The notes below the pieces were generated by a model. That model was not told the DNA's origin and did not search any database. It was given only the letters and a program-made list of their open reading frames with translations. From Deltaproteobacteria bacterium (GTDB lineage Bacteria > Desulfobacterota > Binatia > UBA9968), in NCBI GenBank assembly GCA_005879605.1, contig VBKE01000002.1, positions 5,379-69,378 on the forward strand: a stretch of DNA of 64,000 nucleotides. The letters run 5' to 3'. Numbering within the stretch: position 1 is the stretch's first letter; each line of letters opens with the position of its first letter. Below are positions 1-9,168 of this stretch, piece after piece. Position numbers and translations under genes: made by a program.

Positions 1-723
1 TACATGCGCAGCGTTGGGACAGAACCCAATCCGTTTTTGGGTTGGCGCTCCATCCGGATTTCACTTGAAGTGGAAGAGATCTTTAAAACACAGCTTCGAG
101 CGATTCTTCGTGCCGGGGATCTCGGGCGCGTGCGCTTGCTCCTGCCGATGGTATCGAGCCTTGAAGAAATAATCAAAGTAAAGGAACTTTTTGCGGAGGC
201 CAAAGAGGAACTTGGGCGAGAAGGAACTCCCTTTGACCGCCAAATGGAACTTGGGGTTATGGTGGAAGTTCCCGCCGCAGTCCAGTTGGCCGATCGGTTT
301 CTTCGTGAAGTGGATTTCATGAGCATTGGCACCAATGATCTGATCCAGTACATACTGGCCGTGGACAGAAGCAACCGCAAGGTCGCGAGTTTGTACGAAC
401 CGCTCCATCCGGCGGTTCTTGCTGCGCTTGCGTCAACGATCAAAGCCGGCAAACAGGTGGGCAAGCGCGTCGGGATGTGCGGCGAGATGGCCGGCGATCC
501 GCTCTGCGCTGTGCTCCTTTTGGGGATGGGGCTAGAAGAGTTCAGTATGGGCTCGCTCTATATACCGGTTATCAAAAAGACCATTCGGTCGATAACCTTC
601 CAAGCGGCCAAATCCATTGCCCAAATCGTTCTTCAAATGGATACGGTAGGCGAGATCAAACGATACCTTTTCGAGCAGATGCGGGAATTGGGGATGATCG
701 AGCTTCTTGAGATGTATCATTAA
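1..723 (+). CDS. PEP-utilizing enzyme (PTS enzyme I / PtsP type), C-terminal PEP-binding barrel; 5' end lies outside the window
   Basis: The frame is open from base 1. Motifs GWRSIR, MVEVPAA, SIGTNDLIQY and GMCGEMAGDP are typical of the enzyme I C-terminal domain. Confidence 0.8.
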   Translation, partial: YMRSVGTEPNPFLGWRSIRISLEVEEIFKTQLRAILRAGDLGRVRLLLPMVSSLEEIIKVKELFAEAKEELGREGTPFDRQMELGVMVEVPAAVQLADRFLREVDFMSIGTNDLIQYILAVDRSNRKVASLYEPLHPAVLAALASTIKAGKQVGKRVGMCGEMAGDPLCAVLLLGMGLEEFSMGSLYIPVIKKTIRSITFQAAKSIAQIVLQMDTVGEIKRYLFEQMRELGMIELLEMYH

Positions 724-847
724 CGGATACAGAAAAATCACGGGTATCTCGATCTACTTTCCTATCGGTGTTGATTTCTGTATCCCGAAGCGGTATAAAA
801 TCATTAGAACGATCGTTCGAACTAAATACCCACCGAAAGGGATTGGT

Positions 848-1954
848 ATGGCAAAAATTTCGACTTTTGATGATTGGATCGACTATTTTCGTCAGTGGCA
901 AAAAGACATTGGTTATGACCCGGCCGTGTTAGGGGATTACAAATTCGAAACGAAGCTAGGCGAGCTGCACTCTCCTGAAATAGAATTCGGAGATTTCAAA
1001 GGACAGCGCAAGTGGGAGCGCGTCGGCCAGATTCCTAACCAATCGATTCGTGACGCGCTCATGAATCTGATTGTCTATCAGGGCGACACGGAGTTTGCGT
1101 CAGTCGAACAGCAGAAGAACCTGCTCGAGACGGCCCCCACTGAATATGATCGCCAAGCTCTGACTCGTGTCAATAGCGAGGAAATGCGCCATGGCTGGCA
1201 AATGTGCTATCTCCTAGTTAACTACTTTGGAGATTCCGGAAAATTGGAGGCTCGAAAACTTTTGGAGCGAAGAGCCTTCAAAGGCGATCGGCTGCTGGGC
1301 TCGTTCAACGCGCCGGTTAACAACTGGCTCGATTTCTTCACCTACACTGAGTTTGTCGACCGGGATGGTAAATTTCAGCTGACGATGCTCAGCCATTCGT
1401 CTTTTGCCCCGTTGGCCGAGAGTGTGACCGCAATGCTCAAAGAAGAATTTTTTCATATGTTCACGGGTCACACCGGCTTGACGAGAATCCTTAGAGCGGG
1501 AAAGGTCCCGCTTCCCGTGATGCAGAAATATTTCAACAAATGGTTATCGACCGCATATGATTTGTTCGGCACGAATCATTCCTCGTCGGCGAACTGGGCT
1601 TATGTGTGGGGTTTGAAGGGAAGATTTGACGAACACGAGGCGAAGATCCCGGCAGACAAGGAAAAATTAAACGATTTAGCCCGCGATCATTATCTGGCTG
1701 AGGGCGCCAAGCTGATCGATCAGCTGAATCAGTTCATTCCGGAAGGACAACCAAAACTCTACGCGCCTGACCTGAAGTTTAACCGATCCATCGGCGAGCA
1801 CGTCGGCAAGCCCTACAGCGTTGCCGGCGAGCTTTTGTCGCCGGAAGCTTACAAAAAACACCTGACCGAGGTTCTACCTACGGCGGAAGATGAGCAATTG
1901 TTGAATGATCTTTTCAAAGAAAAAGATTGGGTCATACAGGTGCAGATGAACTAA
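848..1954 (+). CDS. Ferritin-like diiron oxygenase, BoxB/PaaA-like (benzoyl-CoA oxygenase component B-like), short form of about 368 aa
   Basis: ATG at 848 sits after AAAGGGA. QGDTEFASVEQQ, SEEMRHGWQM (ExxH), FVDRDGKFQL and MLKEEFFHMF (EExxH) match my recollection of BoxB. The ORF-track start at 707 looks like a spurious extension. Confidence 0.6.
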   Translation: MAKISTFDDWIDYFRQWQKDIGYDPAVLGDYKFETKLGELHSPEIEFGDFKGQRKWERVGQIPNQSIRDALMNLIVYQGDTEFASVEQQKNLLETAPTEYDRQALTRVNSEEMRHGWQMCYLLVNYFGDSGKLEARKLLERRAFKGDRLLGSFNAPVNNWLDFFTYTEFVDRDGKFQLTMLSHSSFAPLAESVTAMLKEEFFHMFTGHTGLTRILRAGKVPLPVMQKYFNKWLSTAYDLFGTNHSSSANWAYVWGLKGRFDEHEAKIPADKEKLNDLARDHYLAEGAKLIDQLNQFIPEGQPKLYAPDLKFNRSIGEHVGKPYSVAGELLSPEAYKKHLTEVLPTAEDEQLLNDLFKEKDWVIQVQMN

Positions 1955-2026
1955 GCAACGCGCGAGGTACCCTTGTCGCTACAAGACTTCCGCGGTAGAA
2001 AAAAATAAACGACTAAGGAGAGAGCA

Positions 2027-2350
2027 GTGAAACGCCTCTGTCTCGTCTGTCAAAACATCGACTGTAAAACTAGAGGCTCGGATAAACTCATGGCCGAGCT
2101 CGAGAAGAAAGTGGCAGCGAAAGGGCTAACCGACGTCGAAGTAAAACCCTACATGTGCTTTGGAGCCTGCCAAGAAGGACCCAACGTTGTCCTCTATCCT
2201 GAAAAGAGCTGGTATGCGGGCGTGAAAGCAGATGACCTCGACGAGATAACTGAGCATCTTGCCGGCGGGCCGCACGTCCAACGCCTCGATACGATTGATT
2301 CCTCTCTCAAGGAACTGATCTACCAGCTCCTTGATACGGGGGTGTTTTGA
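2027..2350 (+). CDS. Thioredoxin-like [2Fe-2S] ferredoxin (NuoE/HoxE-type fold)
   Basis: GTG start after AAGGAGAGAG. The Cys pattern is C-x4-C-x30-C-x3-C (CQNIDC ... CFGAC) followed by GPNV. Confidence 0.75.
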   Translation: MKRLCLVCQNIDCKTRGSDKLMAELEKKVAAKGLTDVEVKPYMCFGACQEGPNVVLYPEKSWYAGVKADDLDEITEHLAGGPHVQRLDTIDSSLKELIYQLLDTGVF

Positions 2351-2353
2351 TCG

Positions 2354-3613
2354 ATGGAAGGCATTCTTTTTCCCCGGGGCGTAGTAGCCGGACAGGAGGG
2401 CCTTGAGGAATACCGCGCGCGCGGCGGCTATGAGGCTCTCGTCAGAGCCGTCAAAACTACCCCAGAAGGGATCATCAAAGAAGTCTCGGATGCGGCTCTT
2501 CGCGGCCGAGGCGGAGCAGGCTTTCCCACCGGAAAGAAGTGGTCCTTCACGCGCGAACGTCCGGAACAGCCACGGTACATGGTGCTCAACGGCGGAGAGG
2601 ATGAACCAGGCAGCAAAAAAGATCGGCTGCTCATGGAAAATCTTCCCCATCTCGTCATCGAGGGCGTCATTATCGCCGCCTATGCCATCGGCGCAAACAA
2701 AGCCTACCTGTATGTAAACGCCAATTATGAAACCGCCATAAAGAGCACCACCGATGCTTTGGCGGAAGCAAAGGCCGCTGGCTACTGGGGAAAAGGTATT
2801 CTCGGCGATAGTTTTAACCTCGATATCGAACTCATACCTGCGCCGCACAACTACGTCGCCGGTGAGGATACGGCGGTACTCGAAGTGATCGAAGGCAAGA
2901 AAGCGTGGCCGCGCCAAAAGCCTCCGTTCCCGGTCACCGTCGGCCTTTTTGGAAAGCCGACAGCCGTAAACAATGTCGAGACTCTCGCCAACGTCGCCCC
3001 CATCATCTTACATGGCGCGAAATGGTACCGAAGTTTCGGTACGCCGGACAGCTCCGGTACCATGATTTTTTCCCTCAATGACGACGTCAATCGACCGGGA
3101 ATCTACGAGCTTCCTTTCGGCACGCCGCTCCGATACCTCATCGAAGAGTGCGGCGGTGGCATTAAAGGCGACAAAAAAATCAAAGCCATCATGCCGGCGG
3201 CGCCATCATCGGCCTATTTACCGGCGGATAAGATCGACACACCGCTGGATCACAATTCCATGCGAGAAGCGGGTTCCAGCCTGGGCTGTGGCGTCGTCCA
3301 CTTGGTGGGTGAAGGGACTTGCGTCGTCGAGGATGTTTTAAAAGCCTCCGAATTCTTCGCCGCCGAATCATGCGGTCAATGTCCTGCCTGCCGGATGGAA
3401 ACCAATACGCTGACCACCCTCCTGAAAAAACTCCAGCAAGGACAAGGGGGCCGGCCTATTCTTGAACAATTCGGAAAAGTGATCGCCTTCAACAAGGGAA
3501 AAGGGTTCTGCAATCTAATCGCTATGCCCGGTCCGCCCATCGAGAGCGCACTTAAACTCTTCCCCGGTGATTTTGAAGCGCACCTTGCCACGGGCAAGTG
3601 CCCGGTCAACTGA
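2354..3613 (+). CDS. NuoF/HoxF-like NAD(P)H-binding FMN, [4Fe-4S] flavoprotein
   Basis: GRGGAGFPTGKKW (FMN site), NGGEDEPGSKKDR (NADH site) and ESCGQCPACR plus a distal Cys ([4Fe-4S]). It starts 3 nt after the ferredoxin stop. Confidence 0.85.
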   Translation: MEGILFPRGVVAGQEGLEEYRARGGYEALVRAVKTTPEGIIKEVSDAALRGRGGAGFPTGKKWSFTRERPEQPRYMVLNGGEDEPGSKKDRLLMENLPHLVIEGVIIAAYAIGANKAYLYVNANYETAIKSTTDALAEAKAAGYWGKGILGDSFNLDIELIPAPHNYVAGEDTAVLEVIEGKKAWPRQKPPFPVTVGLFGKPTAVNNVETLANVAPIILHGAKWYRSFGTPDSSGTMIFSLNDDVNRPGIYELPFGTPLRYLIEECGGGIKGDKKIKAIMPAAPSSAYLPADKIDTPLDHNSMREAGSSLGCGVVHLVGEGTCVVEDVLKASEFFAAESCGQCPACRMETNTLTTLLKKLQQGQGGRPILEQFGKVIAFNKGKGFCNLIAMPGPPIESALKLFPGDFEAHLATGKCPVN

Positions 3614-3812
3614 TTTTTCGAAGCTTCCACAAACTGTTTCCGCAACGTCACGCTCACAGCGGCAATAAACTCTCTCCAAGCCTCTGCAAACTCCTTCTTC
3701 GATTCAAAGCAGCGGTCACGGTATTGATTGCTCCTCGGATCCGTTTCTTGAGTTGACGGTATTGAGCGGCCCTTGATAATATCCGCTTCGTTCCGCAAAC
3801 GGAGGTAGGATC

Positions 3813-4829
3813 ATGCGCGCTATTATGACGTGTCTCATGCTGGTCCTCGTCTTGGCGTTCGCCGCGCCGCCTTGCAAGTCTGCTACGAATGACGAGTCAT
3901 TCATAGAAGGGGCCAAGAAAGAAGGGACGCTGGTCCTCTATACATCCATGACCGTAGATCAGTCACAGAAAATTCTCGACGCCTTCAGAGCCAAGTATCC
4001 TTTCATCCAGCCCAAGATGTTTCGCGCAGTCGGCGAGAGACTGCTGACCAAAATCATGACTGAGGCACAAGCCGGCAAATACGATTTCGACGTGGTCCAA
4101 TCGGCCGAATCGCAAGCTTACTTTCTCAAAAAGAGAAATCTACTGCAAAAATATGTTTCGCCCGAAGCCAAGAACATTCAAAAACCCTTTTTCGATCCCG
4201 AAGGCTATTGGACAGCGGTTTACATCATGCCAAATGTGATCGGGTACAACACGCGCATGGTCAAGCGAACTGAAGTGCCCAAAACGGACGAGGATCTGTT
4301 GAACCCCAAGTGGAAGGGAAAAATGGGGATGGATAACACCAAACCGGAGTGGTTTGCATGGAAGCTTAAGCGAATGGGTGAGGAAAAAGGATTGGCTTAC
4401 ATGAGAAAGCTTGGCGCTCAAGAGTTTCGCCTTTACCCGGGGCTGACCGTTCTCACCGGTCTTTTGGCCGCCGGCGAGTTTCCCCTCGTGCTCAATACTT
4501 ATCTGCACAACGTTGAAGACATTAAGCGCAAAGGCGGTCCCGTGGAGTGGATCGCACAGGACCCAGTATTTACCAAATTTCAGCCGCTGGGAATTGGCTC
4601 TAAAGCCCCTCATCCTAATGCAGCCAAGCTTTTCACCGACTTCATGCTTTCTGAATACGGGCAAAAACTCATCGGCTCATTCGGGCGAGTGCCGACGCGC
4701 CGCGGCGTGCCGACCCACGTCCAAGGATTAGATAAACTGAATTACGTTATTGATGACATCAGCGCAGGAGATGATTTCAACAAGAACGCTGAGTTGTTTC
4801 GCTCAATCTTCGGCGCGTCTGGATCATAG
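3813..4829 (+). CDS. ABC transporter substrate-binding protein, family 1 (Fe3+/polyamine-type fold)
   Basis: Signal peptide, then LVLYTSMTVDQ..AFRAKYPFI..DVVQS and PKWKGKMGM. GGAGG RBS. Confidence 0.75.
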   Translation: MRAIMTCLMLVLVLAFAAPPCKSATNDESFIEGAKKEGTLVLYTSMTVDQSQKILDAFRAKYPFIQPKMFRAVGERLLTKIMTEAQAGKYDFDVVQSAESQAYFLKKRNLLQKYVSPEAKNIQKPFFDPEGYWTAVYIMPNVIGYNTRMVKRTEVPKTDEDLLNPKWKGKMGMDNTKPEWFAWKLKRMGEEKGLAYMRKLGAQEFRLYPGLTVLTGLLAAGEFPLVLNTYLHNVEDIKRKGGPVEWIAQDPVFTKFQPLGIGSKAPHPNAAKLFTDFMLSEYGQKLIGSFGRVPTRRGVPTHVQGLDKLNYVIDDISAGDDFNKNAELFRSIFGASGS

Positions 4830-4842
4830 AAAGGACCGAAAG

Positions 4843-5673
4843 ATGAGACCGGCGCCGATAAAATGGCCCAACGATGCCAAGATCGTCGTAAGCTTTTTCA
4901 TCGCATTCGAAGCGTTCAACAAATATTCACAATATCGTCGCGGCGGCGACAAGCCGGATTACGCCTCGCTCGCTTACGGGGAATACGGCGGCAAGGCTGG
5001 CATTTGGCGCATCATGGATGTTCTCGACCGAAACGGTGTTAAAGGCACCATAGACACCAACGGACGAGTTGCGGAAACTTTCCCTGATGCCGTAAAGGAG
5101 TTGCACAAAGCCGGCCACGAGATCGTCGGTCATGGGTGGGTGAACGATATCTATCTCACCTCCTTGGAACCTGAAGAAGAAAGAAAGAACATCAAGCAAA
5201 CTTTAGACGCGATTGCATCGGTAACGGGGAAACGCCCCGTGGGTTGGGTCAGTCCTGGTCACCGAATCAACGAGCATACGTTTGAATATTTGGTTGACGA
5301 AGGAATCTTCTGGAGCGGCGATTTGCCGGGTCCTGATATACCGGAGCACCGAATCATAAACGGCAAACCGCTGGTCATAATGCCGCGACTGGACTATGCC
5401 AACGATCACTCCCTAATTTTCCATCCGAAGAATCCCGCGCAGGTTTATTTTGAAAGTTTCAAGATAGCCTTCGATTACCTCTATGCGGAGGGTCAAGCGG
5501 GCTCGCCCAAGCTCATTGACGCTCTGGTCCACGCGCACATAGGTGGTAGACCGAACATCATCGGAGTCTTTGGAGAATGCATCCGCTACGCCAAAGGATT
5601 CAAAGATGTCTGGTTTTGCACCAAAGGCGAGATCGCCGAGTGGTATTTGGAGAATTACGTGAAGCGCAGTTAA
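4843..5673 (+). CDS. Polysaccharide deacetylase / PuuE-like divergent deacetylase family protein
   Basis: ATG at 4843. WPNDAKIVVSF..FEAF, YGGKAGIWRI.DVL and GHEIVGHGW. Paralog of 13851-14699. Confidence 0.75.
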   Translation: MRPAPIKWPNDAKIVVSFFIAFEAFNKYSQYRRGGDKPDYASLAYGEYGGKAGIWRIMDVLDRNGVKGTIDTNGRVAETFPDAVKELHKAGHEIVGHGWVNDIYLTSLEPEEERKNIKQTLDAIASVTGKRPVGWVSPGHRINEHTFEYLVDEGIFWSGDLPGPDIPEHRIINGKPLVIMPRLDYANDHSLIFHPKNPAQVYFESFKIAFDYLYAEGQAGSPKLIDALVHAHIGGRPNIIGVFGECIRYAKGFKDVWFCTKGEIAEWYLENYVKRS

Positions 5674-5842
5674 ACCAACGAGAGGAAAGGATGACCACTG
5701 GAACCGATTTTATAGATAAGTATCTAAGGACCTTTTCAAAAACGGATACTTCGACCGTCGAGCGGAGATTTTATAAATTCCGGATCATCATGGTAGAGAA
5801 AGCTCGTTAGCTCGCAGTCTCTATGCCACGGAGGGTGTATCG

Positions 5843-6931
5843 ATGATAGTGAAGAGAATAAAAACGGAGAGGCTTTCCCCCCTTCTCCTTGCACTTGCCC
5901 TCTCATTTTCAGTTTCGTCAAGCGACGCCGCCCAGAGCAAATCCTTGTCCTTGGCCGAACTGGCGCTTTACCAAGGAGCCGACCGCGAAAAAATACTTTT
6001 GGAAGGCGCGAAGAAGGAGGGGCAAGTCACTTTCTACACATCCAACACTTGGGTCGAGGGTCCTGTATCTAAAGAATTCGAGAAGAAATATCCCTTCGTC
6101 AAAGCCAACGTTTGGCGCAGCGACTCGAAATCATTGCTGAGGCGGTTAACCGAAGAGGTGGCTGCGGGGCGCTTTATTGCCGACGTCGTAGAGACCAGTC
6201 CGGAGTACATAACGATCCTGATGAGAAGCAACATGCTGCAAGAGTACTTATCTCCGGAACTCAGCGCGTACGGCGACGATGCAAAGGTAAAAGGCAAGGC
6301 CGGCGTCTATGCGTGGACCAACCGGGAGATCTATATTAGCCTGGGATTTAACACCAACCTTACACCCGCCGCAGAAGCACCAAAGAGCATCAAAGATTAT
6401 CTCGATCCTAAATGGAAGGGAAAGATGTCGATTGCCGGAACCACCACCGGCGTGCAGTGGGTGGGAGCCGTCATGGAGGCAATGGGACGCGAGTTTTTAG
6501 AAAAAGTAAGCGCCCAGGATATCAGCGTGCAAAACATGTCGGGCGCGGCGCTGTCGGGGCTGATCGCCTCGGGCGAAGTTCCCTTGTCGCCGACCATCTT
6601 CAATTCCAACATTTTTACCCATAAGCAACAGGGCGCCCCCGTCGAGTGGCGGCCGCTGGACCCTGTCATCGCCGGTGTCGGCACTTCGGGAATGGTCGTC
6701 AATTCACCTCATCCTCACGCCGCGCTGCTTTTTCTTGATTACCTCCATTCAAAATTCGGCCAGCAGGTTGCCATGAAGGGCGGTCTCAGCTCGGCGCGGA
6801 GCGATATCGGCTCTCTCGAACAAAAGTTCAAGAAGGTCTACATCGAGAGTAAATACACGCCGGAGGAATTCGATAAGAAGTTTAACGAATGGGAAAATCT
6901 GATGCGCCGGCTCTTTATCCAAAAGCGCTGA
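5843..6931 (+). CDS. ABC transporter substrate-binding protein, family 1
   Basis: Signal peptide, LYQGADREKILLEGAKKEG, KKYPFV, DPKWKGKMSIAG. Close paralog of 11339-12428. Confidence 0.75.
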   Translation: MIVKRIKTERLSPLLLALALSFSVSSSDAAQSKSLSLAELALYQGADREKILLEGAKKEGQVTFYTSNTWVEGPVSKEFEKKYPFVKANVWRSDSKSLLRRLTEEVAAGRFIADVVETSPEYITILMRSNMLQEYLSPELSAYGDDAKVKGKAGVYAWTNREIYISLGFNTNLTPAAEAPKSIKDYLDPKWKGKMSIAGTTTGVQWVGAVMEAMGREFLEKVSAQDISVQNMSGAALSGLIASGEVPLSPTIFNSNIFTHKQQGAPVEWRPLDPVIAGVGTSGMVVNSPHPHAALLFLDYLHSKFGQQVAMKGGLSSARSDIGSLEQKFKKVYIESKYTPEEFDKKFNEWENLMRRLFIQKR

Positions 6932-6953
6932 ACGACTTCAAACTAAGGCCGCC

Positions 6954-7952
6954 ATGACTTATGCAATCCTGATCACGGGTGCCAACGGGTTCATCGGTTC
7001 TCACACGACCCTCCTCATGGAATCCCTCGGCCACAATGTCATCCCCGTCGATGTCGTGCCGCGTTCAGCGGATCTTTCGCTGTTGGGAATCAAAACTCCT
7101 AGTCACATCATGGATGTCACCGACGGCGCGGCTTTCCGAGCGATCTGCGACAGAGAGAAGCCGACACATATATTTCACGCGGCGCATCCACCGCGCAACG
7201 AAACTCCCACGGTGTTGAACTACTGCTATCACGCAATGACTAACATTCTGGAAGCGGCCAAGGAATGCGGCATCAAGCGAGTTGTCTATTCGAGCTCCGC
7301 TTCGATCTACGGCCCGCTCAAAAAGCCGGACCGCAGTCTGGTCAAAGAGGATGACGCCGTGACAATCTATCCCACTTACTTTTATCGCGCAGCGAAAACC
7401 GTCTCGGAATGGATCGGCGACTTCTACAAGGAAAAGCACGGCGTAAACTTCATCGCTTTGAGATACTCGTCCGTTTATGGGCCCGGTCTCTATAGAAGCA
7501 TTCCCTTGGAACTAAAGAAAGGGATCCTCGGCCAACCCTGCCGGCCATTTCTCACCCGTCCGCTCGACGATCTGATCTACGTGGACGATGTCGTCGATGC
7601 CGTGCGCCGCGCCTTATTCGCCGACAAGCCGCTGAGCCGCGCCTACAATATCGGCCTCGACAAAGCCTACACTAGCGACGATTTGAAACGGGCAATTCGG
7701 AAAGCTCTGCCGGATCTTTCCTTTGAAATCGGCCAACACCCAAACGCCGCCGAAGTCAGCCCCCATCGCAACCGCGATCCGCTGGATATTTCCCTTGCTA
7801 AACGGGAACTGGACTGGGCTCCGAAGATCTATCTCGACGAAGGCATCGCGCGACTCGCGAAATGGTTGCAAGAGAACAAACCTAAACTACACATAACGGA
7901 CAGGTCACCGGAACGTATGCGGGGTGGCGATGGATTTGATGTATCGTTATAG
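6954..7952 (+). CDS. NAD-dependent epimerase/dehydratase (extended SDR)
   Basis: ITGANGFIGSH Rossmann motif and YxxxK (YRAAK). The last ~20 codons appear to read into a foreign gene remnant. Confidence 0.8.
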   Translation: MTYAILITGANGFIGSHTTLLMESLGHNVIPVDVVPRSADLSLLGIKTPSHIMDVTDGAAFRAICDREKPTHIFHAAHPPRNETPTVLNYCYHAMTNILEAAKECGIKRVVYSSSASIYGPLKKPDRSLVKEDDAVTIYPTYFYRAAKTVSEWIGDFYKEKHGVNFIALRYSSVYGPGLYRSIPLELKKGILGQPCRPFLTRPLDDLIYVDDVVDAVRRALFADKPLSRAYNIGLDKAYTSDDLKRAIRKALPDLSFEIGQHPNAAEVSPHRNRDPLDISLAKRELDWAPKIYLDEGIARLAKWLQENKPKLHITDRSPERMRGGDGFDVSL

Positions 7953-8090
7953 TAGGGTGAGTCAGGCGGAGATTGGAGAGGTATTGGGAAACTTCATTAC
8001 ACGGCGGTAAGTCGTGAACGTAAGCGGCTACGGGAGAGAATCGAAAACGATAGGAACATCTCTAATGTCATAGGTAAAGATTTGACCTAC
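7897..8090 (+). pseudogene. Remnant of a DnaA-C-like helix-turn-helix domain, as found at the C-terminus of IS200/RAYT-related transposase-like proteins
   Basis: Two frames joined by one frameshift read ..VAMDLMYRYSRVSQAEIGEVLGN / LHYTAVSRERKRLRERIENDRNISNVIGK. No N-terminal part is present. Confidence 0.4.
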
Positions 8091-8132
8091 ACTCGTTGTC
8101 GAGCTGGCCGCGCGATCTGATCAGAACCACTT

Positions 8133-9140
8133 ATGCCTAGTCCGCTGATTTCTTTCTTTACGAGTCTCGGTTCGCGACGAGTAGTGGAAACCGTCACGCC
8201 GGAGCGTACATTGGCCGACGTCGTTCTCCCGCCTCAAACCCGCCGCGCGCTGGAGCAAGCGCTGGCCCAAGTTCGAAATCACAGCCTGATCTTCCACCGC
8301 TGGGGTCTAGGTGAGCGGCATGCCTCAGGACGTGGGTTAGCGTTTAACTTTGCGGGGCCGCCTGGAACTGGAAAGACGCTCTGCGCCGAGGCGATTGCGC
8401 ATGCGCTCGGCATTAAGCTTCTGGTTGTCGATTATGCCGAGGCAGAGTCGATGTGGTTTGGCCAGACACCGAAAAACATAGTCGCGATATTTCGCGCGGC
8501 GGTCGAGCAAAACGCAGTGCTCCTTTTTGACGAAGCCGATGCCATCGCGACGCGCCGCTCGACTGGCGCCATTTTGCCACATGATCGTGAGAGCAACTTG
8601 ACCATTAACGTTCTCTTTCGCGAGTTGGAGGCGTTCAACGGCATAGTGATCTTTGCGACCAATTTAGCGGCAAACTTCGATCCGGCTTTTGAGCGCCGCA
8701 TCCGAACCCATGTGCTTTTCGAGATGCCGGGAGTGGAGGAGCGCGCGCAGATCTGGCAGTTGCAGATTCATCCGAAAAAGACGCCGCTGGCACCGGACGT
8801 CGATTTCCAGCGGCTCGCCGAGCAGTACGTGGTGAGCGGGGGCGATATCAAGAATGCAGTCATCAAGGCCGCGGCCGCAGCAGCGGCCGAACCAGGCCCA
8901 GACCTGGGGAAGCGTATATGCCAACGACATTTCGAACGTGCCACCGAAGAGGTACTCTCGGCAAAGGTAATAATGCAGCAATCGCTCTTCGCCGAGGGCG
9001 GTATTGCAGCACCCGATCCCCTTACTGTGTGGCGAAAGGTGGAGGCGCGGTGGCGGATCGCAATACTGGTGGCGCTAGGGCTAGCCGGCGCTGCATTCGT
9101 CGCCGCGCTTGTGGCAGTCGCGTTGGTGCTCCTGCGTTAA
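8133..9140 (+). CDS. AAA+ ATPase (single classic AAA module) with a C-terminal hydrophobic tail anchor
   Basis: Walker A GPPGTGKT, Walker B LLFDEADA, a FATN sensor-1 region and an FERR arginine-finger region. The last ~30 aa (IAILVALGLAGAAFVAALVAVALVLL) are hydrophobic. Confidence 0.8.
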   Translation: MPSPLISFFTSLGSRRVVETVTPERTLADVVLPPQTRRALEQALAQVRNHSLIFHRWGLGERHASGRGLAFNFAGPPGTGKTLCAEAIAHALGIKLLVVDYAEAESMWFGQTPKNIVAIFRAAVEQNAVLLFDEADAIATRRSTGAILPHDRESNLTINVLFRELEAFNGIVIFATNLAANFDPAFERRIRTHVLFEMPGVEERAQIWQLQIHPKKTPLAPDVDFQRLAEQYVVSGGDIKNAVIKAAAAAAAEPGPDLGKRICQRHFERATEEVLSAKVIMQQSLFAEGGIAAPDPLTVWRKVEARWRIAILVALGLAGAAFVAALVAVALVLLR

Positions 9141-9168
9141 TGGGTGTTATCCTTATCCTCACTTATCC

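Noticed and set aside
707-847. N-terminal extensions offered by the ORF track (also 9607-9861, 10758-10859, 23840-23995, 32622-32744, 34424-34780, 42365-42436, 44308-44364)
   Set aside because: These extensions overlap upstream genes or repeats and are Arg-rich or compositionally odd. Each is followed by an internal ATG with a good RBS where family homology begins.
2126-2917. 263-aa minus-strand ORF spanning the ferredoxin and NuoF-like genes
   Set aside because: It lies antisense to two genes with unambiguous motifs and has the Arg/Gly/Ala-rich composition typical of shadow frames in GC-rich DNA. I applied the same reasoning to 17215-18030, 22487-23269, 45491-46486, 46754-47449, 54098-54802 and 62930-63526.
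5685-5842. Short ORF 5577-5810 (+) in the gap after the deacetylase gene
   Set aside because: It overlaps the 3' end of the deacetylase gene in another frame and shows no motif or RBS. The gap more likely holds the promoter and leader of the SBP gene at 5843.
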